DNA of 49,627 bases, taken from the NCBI GenBank assembly GCA_944331935.1, contig CALVIV010000004.1, positions 1-49,627 of the forward strand, given 5' to 3'. The position numbers and the translations under genes were made by a program. The notes beneath the pieces are model-generated. The model saw only the letters and a list, made by a program, of their open reading frames with translations, had not been told where the DNA came from and ran no database searches. Source of the stretch: an uncultured Bacilli bacterium. GTDB taxonomy: Bacteria; Bacillota_I; Bacilli_A; RF39; UBA660. Positions 29,555-40,379 of the stretch are shown in pieces (position 1 is the stretch's first letter; every line of letters begins with the position of its first letter).

Positions 29555-30504
29555 ATGAAAAAAAACGAATTAAAAATATTCCAGATAATGTCTCTGATGA
29601 AGAGATTAGAGAGTATATGATTTCTAATAACTTTGTCTATGAAGGAACACTTGATAGTGTCTTTAAAGCTATTATGGGTGGATGTCTTTTATATTTAGGA
29701 GATTTAATATCTAAATTAACTGGACTTGATAAAGATTTTATTATTAAAAACTTTAAAGAACAGAATGTTGAACATAAAATATCGAATGCTCTTGAAAGGA
29801 AAAAAGTATCTGATTTTATCTTTAAATTACCAGGCTATATTATTAACTTAGAATGTAATCGTGGATACTGGGACGGTTTAATAGAGCGAAATGATGCCTA
29901 CTTTGGTAAAATAAAGGGTGAGTTATTAAGTAAAGGAGAAGAGTATAGTAAAAAAATAAAAGTAATTCAGATTAACTTTGATATCTTTGATAACTTTGAA
30001 GAATGTCTAGGAAAAGAGAATATATCTAAATTTTATATGAAGAATAATGAAAATATAATAGAAACAGAAACTAGTGAGAAAATCCATATAGACATGATGA
30101 AAAGTTATAATAAGTATCTTAATGAAGAAGAATTAACTAAATTGGACAAAGAATTAGTAATATTAATGTTAGATGATTATCTAGAAATCAAAAAAATAGC
30201 GAAAGGAGACGAGGAACTTATGGAAGTTGCAAAAAGATTATATGAATTAACAGATAATATTGATAATATAGGACTTTATGACCCTGAGAAAAGAAGAAAA
30301 GAAGAGGAAGCTTTAAAGATTGAGTATCATAGCAATATTGCTAGAGAAGAAGGTATTGAACAAGGTATTGAACAAGGAATTGAACAAGGTGCTAAAGACG
30401 AGAAAAAATCTATTGCAAAGAATCTTCTTAATATAGGTATGCCTATAAAAGATATAGTTAAAGCGACTGGACTTTCTAAAAAGCAAGTAACAATGTTGAT
30501 GTAA
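29555..30504 (+). CDS. Rpn/PD-(D/E)xK nuclease-family protein; RBS-supported start at 29555 is out of frame through an A8 tract (open frame from 29617)
   Basis: DSVFK, SDFI..INLECN, VIQINF, (GIEQ)3 repeat, IAKNLL..TGLS tail. Confidence 0.8.
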
Positions 30505-30792
30505 AGGAGACGAGGAACTTATGGAAGTTGCAAAAAGATTATATGAATTAACAGATAATATTGATAATATAGGACTTTATGACCCTGAGAAAAGAAGAAA
30601 AGAAGAGGAAGCTTAAAAAATAGAATATCATAGTAATATTGCTAGAGAAGAAGGTATTGAACAAGGAATTGAACAAGGTGCTAAAGATGAGAAAAATCTA
30701 TTGCAAAGAATCTTCTTAATATAGGTATGCCTATAAAAGATATAATTAAAGCGACTGGATTATCCAAAAAACAAATAACTATGTTAATGTAA
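30503..30792 (+). pseudogene. Tandem duplicate of the Rpn C-terminal module (copy of 30202..30504) with a nonsense change and a frameshift
   Basis: Near-identical sequence; TTA>TAA, one fewer 12-bp GIEQ unit, A6>A5. Confidence 0.9.
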
Positions 30793-30794
30793 GT

Positions 30795-30824
30795 AATAAA
30801 ACTAGTCAAACGACTAGTTTTATT
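30795..30824. terminator. Bidirectional terminator
   Basis: AATAAAACTAGTC-AAAC-GACTAGTTTTATT. Confidence 0.85.
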
Positions 30825-30825
30825 G

Positions 30826-31320
30826 TTAACTATTTAAAAAACTTGTAATTTCACTTAAATCAGTAATAGTTTCTGTAACTTCACCATCTTCAAACTTAAG
30901 TAAAGTATTCGCTTTAACTCTTAAACTACTAGCATCATCTGTAACAATATCTCCATCAGTAACATATTTCTTATTCATACCATTAGATAGATCAACACTA
31001 TATAGTTTAGTATCACTATTATTTAACTGATAAGAACTTATTAAAGAACTAATAGTAGAATACTGATCACTAGAATCATAATATATTACATAATACTCTC
31101 CATCGCCTTGATTAAAAGATTCACCTGCTAATATCTCATCATATTGAATAGCATTCTCTGTAACTTTTTCTTCTTCAGTATCTTTACTAAGTATTAACGT
31201 AGTTAAAAAATACATTCCCACTAATAAAAGCGCTGCAACTACTATTATTATAATAGTTTTCTTAACCTCACTAGGTAATCCCTTTTTACTATTTAAATAA
31301 TCTCTTTTCATATACATCAT
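30826..31320 (-). CDS. Hypothetical single-TM extracytoplasmic protein
   Basis: One TM helix followed by an acidic domain. Confidence 0.7.
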   Translation of the reverse strand: MMYMKRDYLNSKKGLPSEVKKTIIIIVVAALLLVGMYFLTTLILSKDTEEEKVTENAIQYDEILAGESFNQGDGEYYVIYYDSSDQYSTISSLISSYQLNNSDTKLYSVDLSNGMNKKYVTDGDIVTDDASSLRVKANTLLKFEDGEVTETITDLSEITSFLNS

Positions 31321-31380
31321 TACCTTTCGTTACATCTCTAATAATATCATAAACAAAAGAAAAAATAAACACTTTCGTGC

Positions 31381-32379
31381 TTATTTCATTGTCGGTAAAA
31401 CGTTTATAGAATTAGCAACTTCTAAGAGTTCATCTTGATTCATTACATCACTCACTAAATAATAATTAATACCACCACTTGTAAAATTAATAGAATTATC
31501 AGAAAGTACTCCAAAACTATCCATAAACATAACAGGTTCACCCATCGTTGGTATAACCGTAAATTCATCCATTGCCTTAACAGTCTCTTCTACAAGTAAA
31601 AATGGTTTATCCCCAGAAAAAGTAAGTATAACTCTCTCTCCACCAGAGATATCAACTTTCTCTTCATTAGCAAGTTTAGTACCTTCAGGAAGTACTAAAG
31701 GATAAACAACATCATCTAAAGCACTAGTCTCTACAACCTCTTCTTCTGTACTAACTGTACTCATTATCGTATCTATTTCAAAGTAATTTTTTTTAAAACT
31801 AGGACTAAAATCAATATCTTTTACTTTTAAGGTCATATTAGGAACATCATCACTATCTAAAACAATCGCTTCTTTAAGTTTTAAATCTTTATCAAATGTA
31901 ACTTTTTGACTAACTAAACTTCTATTATTAGGATAATTAACATTACTTGTAAACACATAATCTTTATCATCTTTTTTAAAAGTTCTCTTATCATCATTTT
32001 CTAAATCACTTATTATAGATTGTAATAAATAAACTTGTGAATTATTATAAGGCCAATCACTTTGAAACTTAAAACTTTTATTTAAACTAGGTGTTAATAC
32101 AAAAACTCCATCATCGTTCTTTAAAATTATTTGTTCATGGTTATTAGAAGTATTAGTAAGTGTTATCTTATAATAATCATCTTTCTTATAAGCAGTTTCT
32201 ACTTCATAATTATAGATATCATCATTATTTAAAACTTCCAGTGTTCCTGTCATTACATAACCTTTACCATCATCAACTTTTTTATCTAAATCTGCTAAAA
32301 CATCACTTTCACTATTTTTCCCACATCCAGTAACTAAAAAACAAGCGATAAATAATAAGAATAAGCTTAATTTTTTCAA
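31381..32379 (-). CDS. LolA-fold lipoprotein, YdcC-like
   Basis: Lipobox LVTGC; EQIILKNDDGVFVLTPSLNKSFKFQSDWPYNNSQVYL. Confidence 0.8.
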   Translation of the reverse strand: MKKLSLFLLFIACFLVTGCGKNSESDVLADLDKKVDDGKGYVMTGTLEVLNNDDIYNYEVETAYKKDDYYKITLTNTSNNHEQIILKNDDGVFVLTPSLNKSFKFQSDWPYNNSQVYLLQSIISDLENDDKRTFKKDDKDYVFTSNVNYPNNRSLVSQKVTFDKDLKLKEAIVLDSDDVPNMTLKVKDIDFSPSFKKNYFEIDTIMSTVSTEEEVVETSALDDVVYPLVLPEGTKLANEEKVDISGGERVILTFSGDKPFLLVEETVKAMDEFTVIPTMGEPVMFMDSFGVLSDNSINFTSGGINYYLVSDVMNQDELLEVANSINVLPTMK

Positions 32380-32499
32380 AATTTTTCACCTCTTCACTTT
32401 CTCTAATTAATTATATTAAAGAAAATAAATTAATATTCATGAATAAAAAATGTAAATTAGTCCATTATATGAATGTAATAAATAAAAAGAGGAGGAATT

Positions 32500-32706
32500 A
32501 TGGAAACATTAAAAAAAATATGCTTAGTTCTTATTATAATAGGAGCTATAAACTGGGCATTAGTAGGTTTATTTGAACTAGATTTAGTTGCAACTCTATT
32601 CGGAGGTAGTGATGAACTACTAGCAAGATTAGTTTATATTATAATAGGAATTGCAGGTCTAATTGATATAAGTATTTTATTTGATCGTTTAGACCATCAT
32701 GATTAA
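32500..32706 (+). CDS. DUF378 (YuzA-like) small membrane protein
   Basis: LIIIGAINWALVGLFELDLVATLFG. Confidence 0.9.
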   Translation: METLKKICLVLIIIGAINWALVGLFELDLVATLFGGSDELLARLVYIIIGIAGLIDISILFDRLDHHD

Positions 32707-32738
32707 AAAAGAGATTCAAGTAAATGAGTCTCTTTTTT
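32705..32738. terminator. Bidirectional terminator
   Basis: AAAAAAGAGATTCA...TGAGTCTCTTTTTT. Confidence 0.75.
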
Positions 32739-34098
32739 AACTATTTGCAGTAATTCTAACTTTAACTTTCTTAGTCTTAGGTGCATAGTTAAGTTTAACA
32801 TCGTCTCCCCTAACTTTAACTTCTACTTCATGTTCTCCAACACCTAAACCATCTAAATCTACATAAGCATATATAGTAGATGAATCTATACTATCAATAA
32901 TAGATTTACTACCAGTAACAACTACTGTAACTCTACTATCTTCTTCCGACAAAGCTTGTACTCTATATTTAGATGTATCCAAGTTCTCAGTAGCAATTGA
33001 AACATTATTAATTTCTCTAGTTGTAGAATCATCAAGTGTTACATTAACAGTAATAGTTTTCTCACTTATCTCTGTAACACCATTAGGACGTTTCAAAGTA
33101 ACAGTATATTCTTTATCATCAGAAAGTCCTGTAACATCTACTTCTACTTTTAATGAATCTAATTTATCTAAAGCTTCTTCACTACCATAAACAGTAACAC
33201 TATCTATATTAGTACTAAGTGATTTAATCGCTTTACCAAAAGCAAGCTCTCCCTTAGGAACTATCTCAATAGGTAATTTTTTAGATGGACTAGACACAGT
33301 TACTTTAGCAGTCACTGTCTTAGGAACTATTTCTACATCTACTGTCTTACCATTAGCATCATATGCAACTAAAGGAACATCTTCAAGAGTAATTTCTCCA
33401 GCTTCTTGTGTAGGAAAATCATCAACATCAACTAATGCTCTAACAGTTGCAACTTCATCAAGCTTATATTCAGCACCTTTAACTATTACTTCACTTCTAT
33501 CAAGTTCTACATTATCTATATTTAATTTAGTATCTAAATTATCTTGATGTAATACATCATAAGTAAGTGATTTAGTAGCACTAACTTTATCATATATAGT
33601 AACTGTAACTGTAGATGGATCAAGTCTATAATCGATTGATTTTAATTGTTGTGTATATTTAAGGGTTACTTTATGTTGCCCTGGTTTTAAACCAGTTAAA
33701 TCAACAGTAACTCCTCCACTAGGAGATTGTTTTGCTAAAAAGATATGTCTTTTCTGACCAACTAAAGTTATATCAACACTATCAGGTAATCCTTCAACAA
33801 CATAAGCTTCTTCATTATAAGTAGCTGTAACAGGTTGATCATATAAAATCTCTGCATATTGATCAATCATTGTATTACCTTCACTATCTACAATAAAGAA
33901 AACTGCTAAAGCCAAGACTAAACTTATTACAATTAAGGTTTGTTTCTTCCCAATAAGTCGTTCTAAACCTTTACTATTACTCTTAGAAAAATCTATAATT
34001 TTAAGAATTAACTTAGTAATAGGAGTAATTAACCACTTATCAAAGAATGCACCTATATGACGAAAAAATTTTCCAATACCTCTAATTATCTTCTTCAT
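32737..34098 (-). CDS. cdaR: CdaR (YbbR-repeat) regulator of diadenylate cyclase
   Basis: TM plus four YbbR-like repeats (VDLTGLKPG); directly downstream of cdaA. Confidence 0.88.
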   Translation of the reverse strand: MKKIIRGIGKFFRHIGAFFDKWLITPITKLILKIIDFSKSNSKGLERLIGKKQTLIVISLVLALAVFFIVDSEGNTMIDQYAEILYDQPVTATYNEEAYVVEGLPDSVDITLVGQKRHIFLAKQSPSGGVTVDLTGLKPGQHKVTLKYTQQLKSIDYRLDPSTVTVTIYDKVSATKSLTYDVLHQDNLDTKLNIDNVELDRSEVIVKGAEYKLDEVATVRALVDVDDFPTQEAGEITLEDVPLVAYDANGKTVDVEIVPKTVTAKVTVSSPSKKLPIEIVPKGELAFGKAIKSLSTNIDSVTVYGSEEALDKLDSLKVEVDVTGLSDDKEYTVTLKRPNGVTEISEKTITVNVTLDDSTTREINNVSIATENLDTSKYRVQALSEEDSRVTVVVTGSKSIIDSIDSSTIYAYVDLDGLGVGEHEVEVKVRGDDVKLNYAPKTKKVKVRITANS

Positions 34099-34915
34099 AT
34101 ATCTCTTCCTCTTCTATTTCATCTTCATCGTACTCATTACTAGTCTTAGGCTTTAATTCATTTATTAACATCATTCTAACATCATCTATTGATAAGTTAT
34201 AGAAAAGCTCTCCTTTAATAGCAACAGATAAACGTCCAGTTTCTTCTGAAACAACTAAAGCAATAGCATCTGTCTCTTCAGCAATACCAAGTGCTGCTCT
34301 ATGTCTTGTACCAAGTCTTTTATTGATTTTAGTACTACTACTAGTAGGAAATACTGCTCCAGCACAAGTTATCCTATCTCCTTGAATAATAACTCCTCCA
34401 TCATGTAAAGGATTACCCTCATAGAATATTGCTATTAACAAATCACTTGATAAATCAGCATAAAGTTTCTTAGCTTTATCTATATAATTACCTAAACTAA
34501 TATCCCGCTCTAATACGATTAAAGCACCAATTTTATTTTTTCTTAAATAATCCATCGCTTGGGTTAATTGATATACTAAATGTTCTCTTTCATCAACAGT
34601 AAGCACTTTATGACGACCTAACAACTGATTACGACCTAACTGCTCCAAAATATTTCTAATCTCCGGTTGAAAGATTACAATTAAAGCAAGTGGTCCATAC
34701 ATAATGACATACTCTAAAAGTAAACCAACAGTTGTAAAGCCACACAAATCACTAACTATTTTTAAAATAATGATAATGATAACTCCCTTAAACAAAAGAG
34801 TAAGCTTAACACTATTTCTAATATTTTTTAAAATGATATAAAACATTAACCAAACAATCGATATATCGACAATTTTCCTCAAAATTGTCAAAACACTTGT
34901 AACAGTAATAACCAT
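34082..34915 (-). CDS. cdaA: Diadenylate cyclase CdaA/DacA
   Basis: Three TMs; IFQPEIR, PLHDGG, LGTRHRAALG, VSEETG. Confidence 0.95.
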   Translation of the reverse strand: MVITVTSVLTILRKIVDISIVWLMFYIILKNIRNSVKLTLLFKGVIIIIILKIVSDLCGFTTVGLLLEYVIMYGPLALIVIFQPEIRNILEQLGRNQLLGRHKVLTVDEREHLVYQLTQAMDYLRKNKIGALIVLERDISLGNYIDKAKKLYADLSSDLLIAIFYEGNPLHDGGVIIQGDRITCAGAVFPTSSSTKINKRLGTRHRAALGIAEETDAIALVVSEETGRLSVAIKGELFYNLSIDDVRMMLINELKPKTSNEYDEDEIEEEEIYEEDN

Positions 34916-34935
34916 AAAATCTCTCCTAACTGTCT

Positions 34936-35556
34936 CTAAACTGTATTATTATTTCCATCTTGATTAATAGTTGGTATAACTACTTCTACTTGACTAACTT
35001 CACTAGATGGAGTATTTACATTATCAGTACTAACTGTATTATTAGTAGTTTGTTCAATCTGTGGATTAACTACAGTAGGTGTAACTACATTATTAGGTTG
35101 TGATACCTCTACTTGAGGAGCCTCTACTGTAGCAGTATTATTAGGATTAACACTTGTCGTAACCTCACTAACTGTCGGTGTTACAACACTACTATTAACA
35201 GGCTGAACTACTGGTTCGCTTACAACGTTATTTTGAACAGCATCTGTATTATTAACACTACTAGTTGGAACTTCTTCTGCTACTGGAACACTACTAACAG
35301 GCTCTGCAATAGGTGTAACAGGACTACTCTCTACTTGTGTAGCATTACTTACATCACTAACCACAGTATCTTGAACAACTGCTGTATTATTAGTATCATC
35401 AACAGTAGCATATTTTTCTTTCTCTTTTTTATTCTTAATACCTTTCTCTGCTAAATAACCAATACAAGCAAAAATAAGAATAACAAGTACTACTACCCAC
35501 ACGATATAAAAAGGGCCATCCAATGTATCCCTAAAAAATTCAATAACAATATCCAT
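34936..35556 (-). CDS. Membrane protein with V/T/P/N-rich low-complexity tail
   Basis: TM ending FACIGYLAE; probable start MDIV after AAGGCGGTG. Confidence 0.7.
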   Translation of the reverse strand: MDIVIEFFRDTLDGPFYIVWVVVLVILIFACIGYLAEKGIKNKKEKEKYATVDDTNNTAVVQDTVVSDVSNATQVESSPVTPIAEPVSSVPVAEEVPTSSVNNTDAVQNNVVSEPVVQPVNSSVVTPTVSEVTTSVNPNNTATVEAPQVEVSQPNNVVTPTVVNPQIEQTTNNTVSTDNVNTPSSEVSQVEVVIPTINQDGNNNTV

Positions 35557-35650
35557 AAGACACCGCCTTTCACACTTCATCCCTTTATTCTTCATTTATT
35601 ATCATAACATGATGAACTCATCTTTTCAACTAAAGAAAAATAAAAAATTA

Positions 35651-36169
35651 TTATTTATGTAATTTCATGTATATAGTATCAACAGCATCACCATTAATAA
35701 TTGCAACATTCTTAAAAGTCTTATAAGGAACAAAGCCTAGTTTTTCATATAAATTTATCGCTCTATAATTATTAGAATATACTCCTAAATAAATTTCTTC
35801 TAACTTCAAATCATTAAATCCATAATCTATAAATCTCTTAAGTGCTTCTAATCCATAATGTCTATTTTGAAACTCTTCATTTACAACAATACCAATTTCC
35901 GCATTACTTAAAGTTATATTATCAAAATCTATATTTCCAATAAACTTACCACTCTTTTTATCAAACATCGACAAAATTATCAAAGTATCTGTTTCTAATG
36001 CTTCTTTTACACACATAAATCTATTCTCATAAGTATAAGGCTTAGGGTCAGCAGTTATAAATTTCTTTATATTAGGATTATTAAACATCTTTAAATATTC
36101 ATCTATTAAATCATATGAAATATTAACATAATAAATATTATCTGATTCTAATACAATTTCTCTATTCAT
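35651..36169 (-). CDS. GNAT acetyltransferase, RimJ/RimL-like
   Basis: AEIGI..FQNRHYG, NYRAINLYEKLGF. Confidence 0.88.
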   Translation of the reverse strand: MNREIVLESDNIYYVNISYDLIDEYLKMFNNPNIKKFITADPKPYTYENRFMCVKEALETDTLIILSMFDKKSGKFIGNIDFDNITLSNAEIGIVVNEEFQNRHYGLEALKRFIDYGFNDLKLEEIYLGVYSNNYRAINLYEKLGFVPYKTFKNVAIINGDAVDTIYMKLHK

Positions 36170-36319
36170 AAACACTCCAAAAAATAACTTCTCAACCAAT
36201 ATAATTATACTACAAAATCAATTAAAAATCACACAGTAATAACTAAATTAGATTTTAAATAATTAATAATAGTATCTTTTAAATCAGTAATTTCCACATC
36301 TAGCCAATTATTTTTATAA

Positions 36320-36361
36320 AGTAAATGTCGGATTTAGTGTTGACTTTGTCCGACATTTACT
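36320..36361. repeat. 13-bp perfect inverted repeat with 16-nt spacer downstream of the tRNA
   Basis: AGTAAATGTCGGA-N16-TCCGACATTTACT. Confidence 0.7.
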
Positions 36362-36454
36362 CACCAATATTATATTTTCTTTGCTGCTAATTTTTAACTG
36401 CAATGTTTTATCCTACATTCAAAATATAAAATAACACTCCATTAAACAATAAAA

Positions 36455-36530
36455 TGGTGCCGACTAAAGGATTTGAACCTTTGACCTACTCATTACGAAT
36501 GAGTTGCTCTACCTACTGAGCTAAGTCGGC
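36455..36530 (-). tRNA. tRNA-Thr(CGT)
   Basis: GCCGACT acceptor stem, anticodon loop TT-CGT-AA, GGTTCAAATCC T arm, encoded CCA; 76 nt. Confidence 0.95.
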
Positions 36531-36578
36531 ATAAAAACTTTACTACTTTAGTATAGCAAAGTTTAAAGAAATAATCTA

Positions 36579-37835
36579 TTACAAATCCAAACTATCAGGA
36601 TTTAATAAGAAATCCATAATTCCAATAACAGATATACCTTCTTCAGTAATCCAAGGTTTAATTATATCTTTAACAACAATAATCTTTTTAAAGTTATCTC
36701 CTATATTCATTAAAGATCTTTCCTCTTGAATAGTCTTTTCCCTAGTTTCCAAATTTAAAGAAGATTGTATATAATAACGTTTATTACCTAAATTACATAC
36801 AAAATCAACTTCTAATTGTTTTCTCTCACTTTTACCATCCTTATTTTTAACATTCTGCTCTACAACTCCAACATCTACATTATATCCTCTAACTAATAAT
36901 TCATTATAAATAATGTTTTCCATCAAATGGCTTTCTTCTTGTTGTCTATAGTTAAGTCTTGCATTTCTTAAACCAACATCTGTAAAATAATACTTCTGAG
37001 GAGTCTGAATGTATTTTTTTCCTTTTATATCATATCTTAAAGATTTATTAACAATAAATGCATCTTCTATATTCTTTAAATATAGGTTTATAGTATTTAA
37101 TGACAACTCTTTTTCCCCATTACTTTTAAAAGCATTATAAATTTTTTGAGGATTAGTAAGAGAACCTACTGATGATGCTAACATATTTATTATAGAATCA
37201 AGTATATCAACTCTTGATATATTATTCCTATCTACTATATCTTTAACATATGTTTCCTTAAACAAATCTTTTAAATATTGTGACTTTTCTTCATCTGTTT
37301 TTTTAGAAAGTATAAGAGGCAATCCTCCATAAGTAACATAATCGGCCCAAGCTTCATATTTATCTCCATCATAACATGATAAATATTCACTAAAAGAAAG
37401 TGGGAACACTCTAACCTGATCGCCTCTACCTCTAAACTCTGTTATTATATCACTTGATAAGAATTTAGAATTACTACCAGTTACATAAACATCCATATTT
37501 CTCTCATATAAAAACCCGTTTAAAACATATTCAAAACCAGCTACAAGTTGTATTTCATCTAAAATAATATAATACATGTCTTTATCAGTAACTTTACTTC
37601 TTATATATTTATCTAAGATTTTAGCATCTAAATATTTTCTATTTTGTTCTTTATCAAGTTCTAATTTAATTATATGATCATCTTTTACACCAATAGATTT
37701 TAAATAGTTAATAAATAATGGATCTAATAAATACGATTTTCCACACCTTCTTATTCCTGTAACAACTTTAATAAGACCATTTTCTTTTCTATTGATTAAT
37801 CTATTTAAATAAATATCTCTTTTAATTTGTTTCAT
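36579..37835 (-). CDS. AAA_14 ATPase with DUF4143 domain
   Basis: TGIRRCGKS, ILDEIQ, VTGSNS, YYFTDVGLRN, EVDFV. Confidence 0.9.
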   Translation of the reverse strand: MKQIKRDIYLNRLINRKENGLIKVVTGIRRCGKSYLLDPLFINYLKSIGVKDDHIIKLELDKEQNRKYLDAKILDKYIRSKVTDKDMYYIILDEIQLVAGFEYVLNGFLYERNMDVYVTGSNSKFLSSDIITEFRGRGDQVRVFPLSFSEYLSCYDGDKYEAWADYVTYGGLPLILSKKTDEEKSQYLKDLFKETYVKDIVDRNNISRVDILDSIINMLASSVGSLTNPQKIYNAFKSNGEKELSLNTINLYLKNIEDAFIVNKSLRYDIKGKKYIQTPQKYYFTDVGLRNARLNYRQQEESHLMENIIYNELLVRGYNVDVGVVEQNVKNKDGKSERKQLEVDFVCNLGNKRYYIQSSLNLETREKTIQEERSLMNIGDNFKKIIVVKDIIKPWITEEGISVIGIMDFLLNPDSLDL

Positions 37836-37901
37836 AAAACCAGCTCCTTCTTTTATAATTTTATTATAACTCAAAAGAATAAAGCTTAGCAATAGTTTCG
37901 C

Positions 37902-37935
37902 TGAAGATTTTTGTGTATTTACGCAAAAATCTTCA
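37902..37935. terminator. Hairpin downstream of the ABC transporter gene
   Basis: TGAAGATTTTTG-N10-CAAAAATCTTCA. Confidence 0.6.
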
Positions 37936-37942
37936 CCGTTTT

Positions 37943-40273
37943 TTATTCTGTCCTAAGTGCAATAACAGGGTCTTTCTTACTAGCCATTTTAGATGGAACA
38001 AATCCACTTAAAACTGTCAAAGTAACACTAATTACTAAAAGAATAATGGCATGAACAGGATTAAGACTAGCAACATTAGGAAGGTCTGCTAAACTCTCTA
38101 TTAATGAATTAATTGGGAATGTCAAAAGATAAGCAATAACAAGTCCTAAGACACCACTACATACTCCAATAATAAATGTCTCAGCATTAAATACCCGAGT
38201 TATATCTTTTCCTCTTGCCCCTAAAGCTCTTAAGATACCAATCTCTTTAGTTCTCTCAAGTACAGAAATATAAGTAATAATCGCAATCATAATACAAGAT
38301 ACCACAAGAGATATTGATGAAAATGCTATCAAGACATAAGTAACAGCATCCATAATACTACCTGATAAAGTACTAATCAAAGAAGCATAATCAGTATATA
38401 ATACTTGGTCACTTTCATCTTTACCTTCATTATAGTCATCTATATAATCTGTAATATAGTCCTTAGTATCAAAATCTTTTGGATAAATATAAATAATTAA
38501 AGGAGTTACTTCTGCACCTAACACCCCTAAAATATTATCTTTAGTAACAGTAGAAGTTGTATCATCAAAAGCTTGACCTGTTAAAACATTATAATCGACT
38601 TCTTTTTGTCTATTAACAATATCACTATCTTTATTCTTATTAATAACCTCATCTACTAATGCAGAATTATAGTAAATTCCTGACTGAGTCAAAGAATTCT
38701 TATCTTCTTTTCCCCTTATAATAGCAGTAACTTTAACTGTAATCGCATCAATACTATTATACATCTCTTCATAATCTTTACTAGGCACAAAATAATTATT
38801 AATCTCATTATAGTAAATATCATTAGGAATTACTTTAAACTCTTTATTTAAAATATCATCAAAAGATATATTACTACTTGTATCAAATCCAAGTTGTTCT
38901 AAAGTACCACTATCTAACTCATTACGAGAATTAACAGCAATAACAACACTAGGAGTATCTTTATCTATAGAGCCTGCTAAAACATCATAATTATCTTCTA
39001 ACATGCTCTTACCATTAACTTTATCAGCATATAAACTCCAACCCATAACACCAGTCATAGATGTAGTAGACATACTATAATTTGTACTAGTAGGAACTAA
39101 TCCATAAGTACCATCCGCATTTCTAGTAACAACATTTAAAGTAGTACCATACTCATAACTAATAGCCGAAACATTATCTTTATCCATAGATTCTATATAA
39201 TTAATATAATCATCATTAATAGTATTAAAGTGCATCATAGTCTCTAAACTATTTTCTCTAGGATAAATAACGTTCTTATTAGTATACTCTTCATGTTTAT
39301 CTCTATTGCTAGTCATCTCTTGCATAACTTCTTCATTTATATTCATAGCCTGTGTACTAATCGTAATAGGCATCTGTGATAAACTATCCGCTTCATATTC
39401 ATCTATTTTCTTCTGAAAACCATTAGATAATGAAAGTATTAAAGCAATACCAATAATACCAATAGATGCTGCAAAAGATGTCAAGAACGTTCTACCTTTC
39501 TTAGTCTTAATATTATTAAAAGAAAGTTTTAATGCTGCCCCATATCCAAGTACAGTCTTTTTAATAGTTACTTTATCTTTAGAATTCTCTTTATCTTTAA
39601 CAGGCTTACTATCACTTAAAATCTTTCCATCTTTAAGTTCAATAACTCTAGTTGCATAATCCTCTGCAAGCTCTGGATTATGAGTAACCATAATAACTAA
39701 CTTATCTTTTGCAATTTCTTTTATTAAATCCATTATCTGAACACTAGTAACAGAGTCAAGTGCCCCAGTAGGTTCATCTGCAAGTATAATCTCAGGGTCA
39801 TTAACAAGAGCCCTAGCAATGGCAACCCTTTGCATCTGTCCTCCAGATAACTGATTAGGCTTTTTATGGGCATGGTCTTTAAGACCAACTTTATCTAAAG
39901 CTTCAAGTGCTTTAACCTTTCTATCTTTCTTCTTATAACCACTAAGTATTAAAGCCATCTCTACATTTTCTAAAACACTAATATGACTAATTAAGTTATA
40001 TGACTGAAAGATAAAACCAACACAATTATTACGATAATAGTCCCATTCCACACTTTTAAACTTCTTAGTACTTTTATTATTAATGATTAAGTCCCCACTA
40101 TCATATCTATCAAGTCCTCCTAAAATGTTTAAAAGAGTAGTCTTACCACTACCACTACTTCCCAAAATAGCGACAAACTCACACTTTCTAAACTTTAAAC
40201 TAACATCATTTAAAGCATGTTGAACAAAATCTCCTGTCTTATAACTTTTATTTATATTCTTTAACTCAAGCAT
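37943..40273 (-). CDS. Fused ABC transporter ATPase/FtsX-type permease (MacB-like)
   Basis: GSSGSGKT, LSGGQ, DEPTG; ERTKEIGILRALGA. Confidence 0.92.
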   Translation of the reverse strand: MLELKNINKSYKTGDFVQHALNDVSLKFRKCEFVAILGSSGSGKTTLLNILGGLDRYDSGDLIINNKSTKKFKSVEWDYYRNNCVGFIFQSYNLISHISVLENVEMALILSGYKKKDRKVKALEALDKVGLKDHAHKKPNQLSGGQMQRVAIARALVNDPEIILADEPTGALDSVTSVQIMDLIKEIAKDKLVIMVTHNPELAEDYATRVIELKDGKILSDSKPVKDKENSKDKVTIKKTVLGYGAALKLSFNNIKTKKGRTFLTSFAASIGIIGIALILSLSNGFQKKIDEYEADSLSQMPITISTQAMNINEEVMQEMTSNRDKHEEYTNKNVIYPRENSLETMMHFNTINDDYINYIESMDKDNVSAISYEYGTTLNVVTRNADGTYGLVPTSTNYSMSTTSMTGVMGWSLYADKVNGKSMLEDNYDVLAGSIDKDTPSVVIAVNSRNELDSGTLEQLGFDTSSNISFDDILNKEFKVIPNDIYYNEINNYFVPSKDYEEMYNSIDAITVKVTAIIRGKEDKNSLTQSGIYYNSALVDEVINKNKDSDIVNRQKEVDYNVLTGQAFDDTTSTVTKDNILGVLGAEVTPLIIYIYPKDFDTKDYITDYIDDYNEGKDESDQVLYTDYASLISTLSGSIMDAVTYVLIAFSSISLVVSCIMIAIITYISVLERTKEIGILRALGARGKDITRVFNAETFIIGVCSGVLGLVIAYLLTFPINSLIESLADLPNVASLNPVHAIILLVISVTLTVLSGFVPSKMASKKDPVIALRTE

Positions 40274-40379
40274 AAATTCCTCCTTAAATACTCTACATAA
40301 CTATTATATACTATAAATTAATATTTTTATTTATTTTTTTGAAATATAATGTTAAAATTAAGGAAAGGGAGGGATTAAT

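Noticed and set aside
34936-35400. Tandem DNA repeat array in the low-complexity gene
   Set aside because: Only loose VVTPTV-like similarity; no exact repeat unit.
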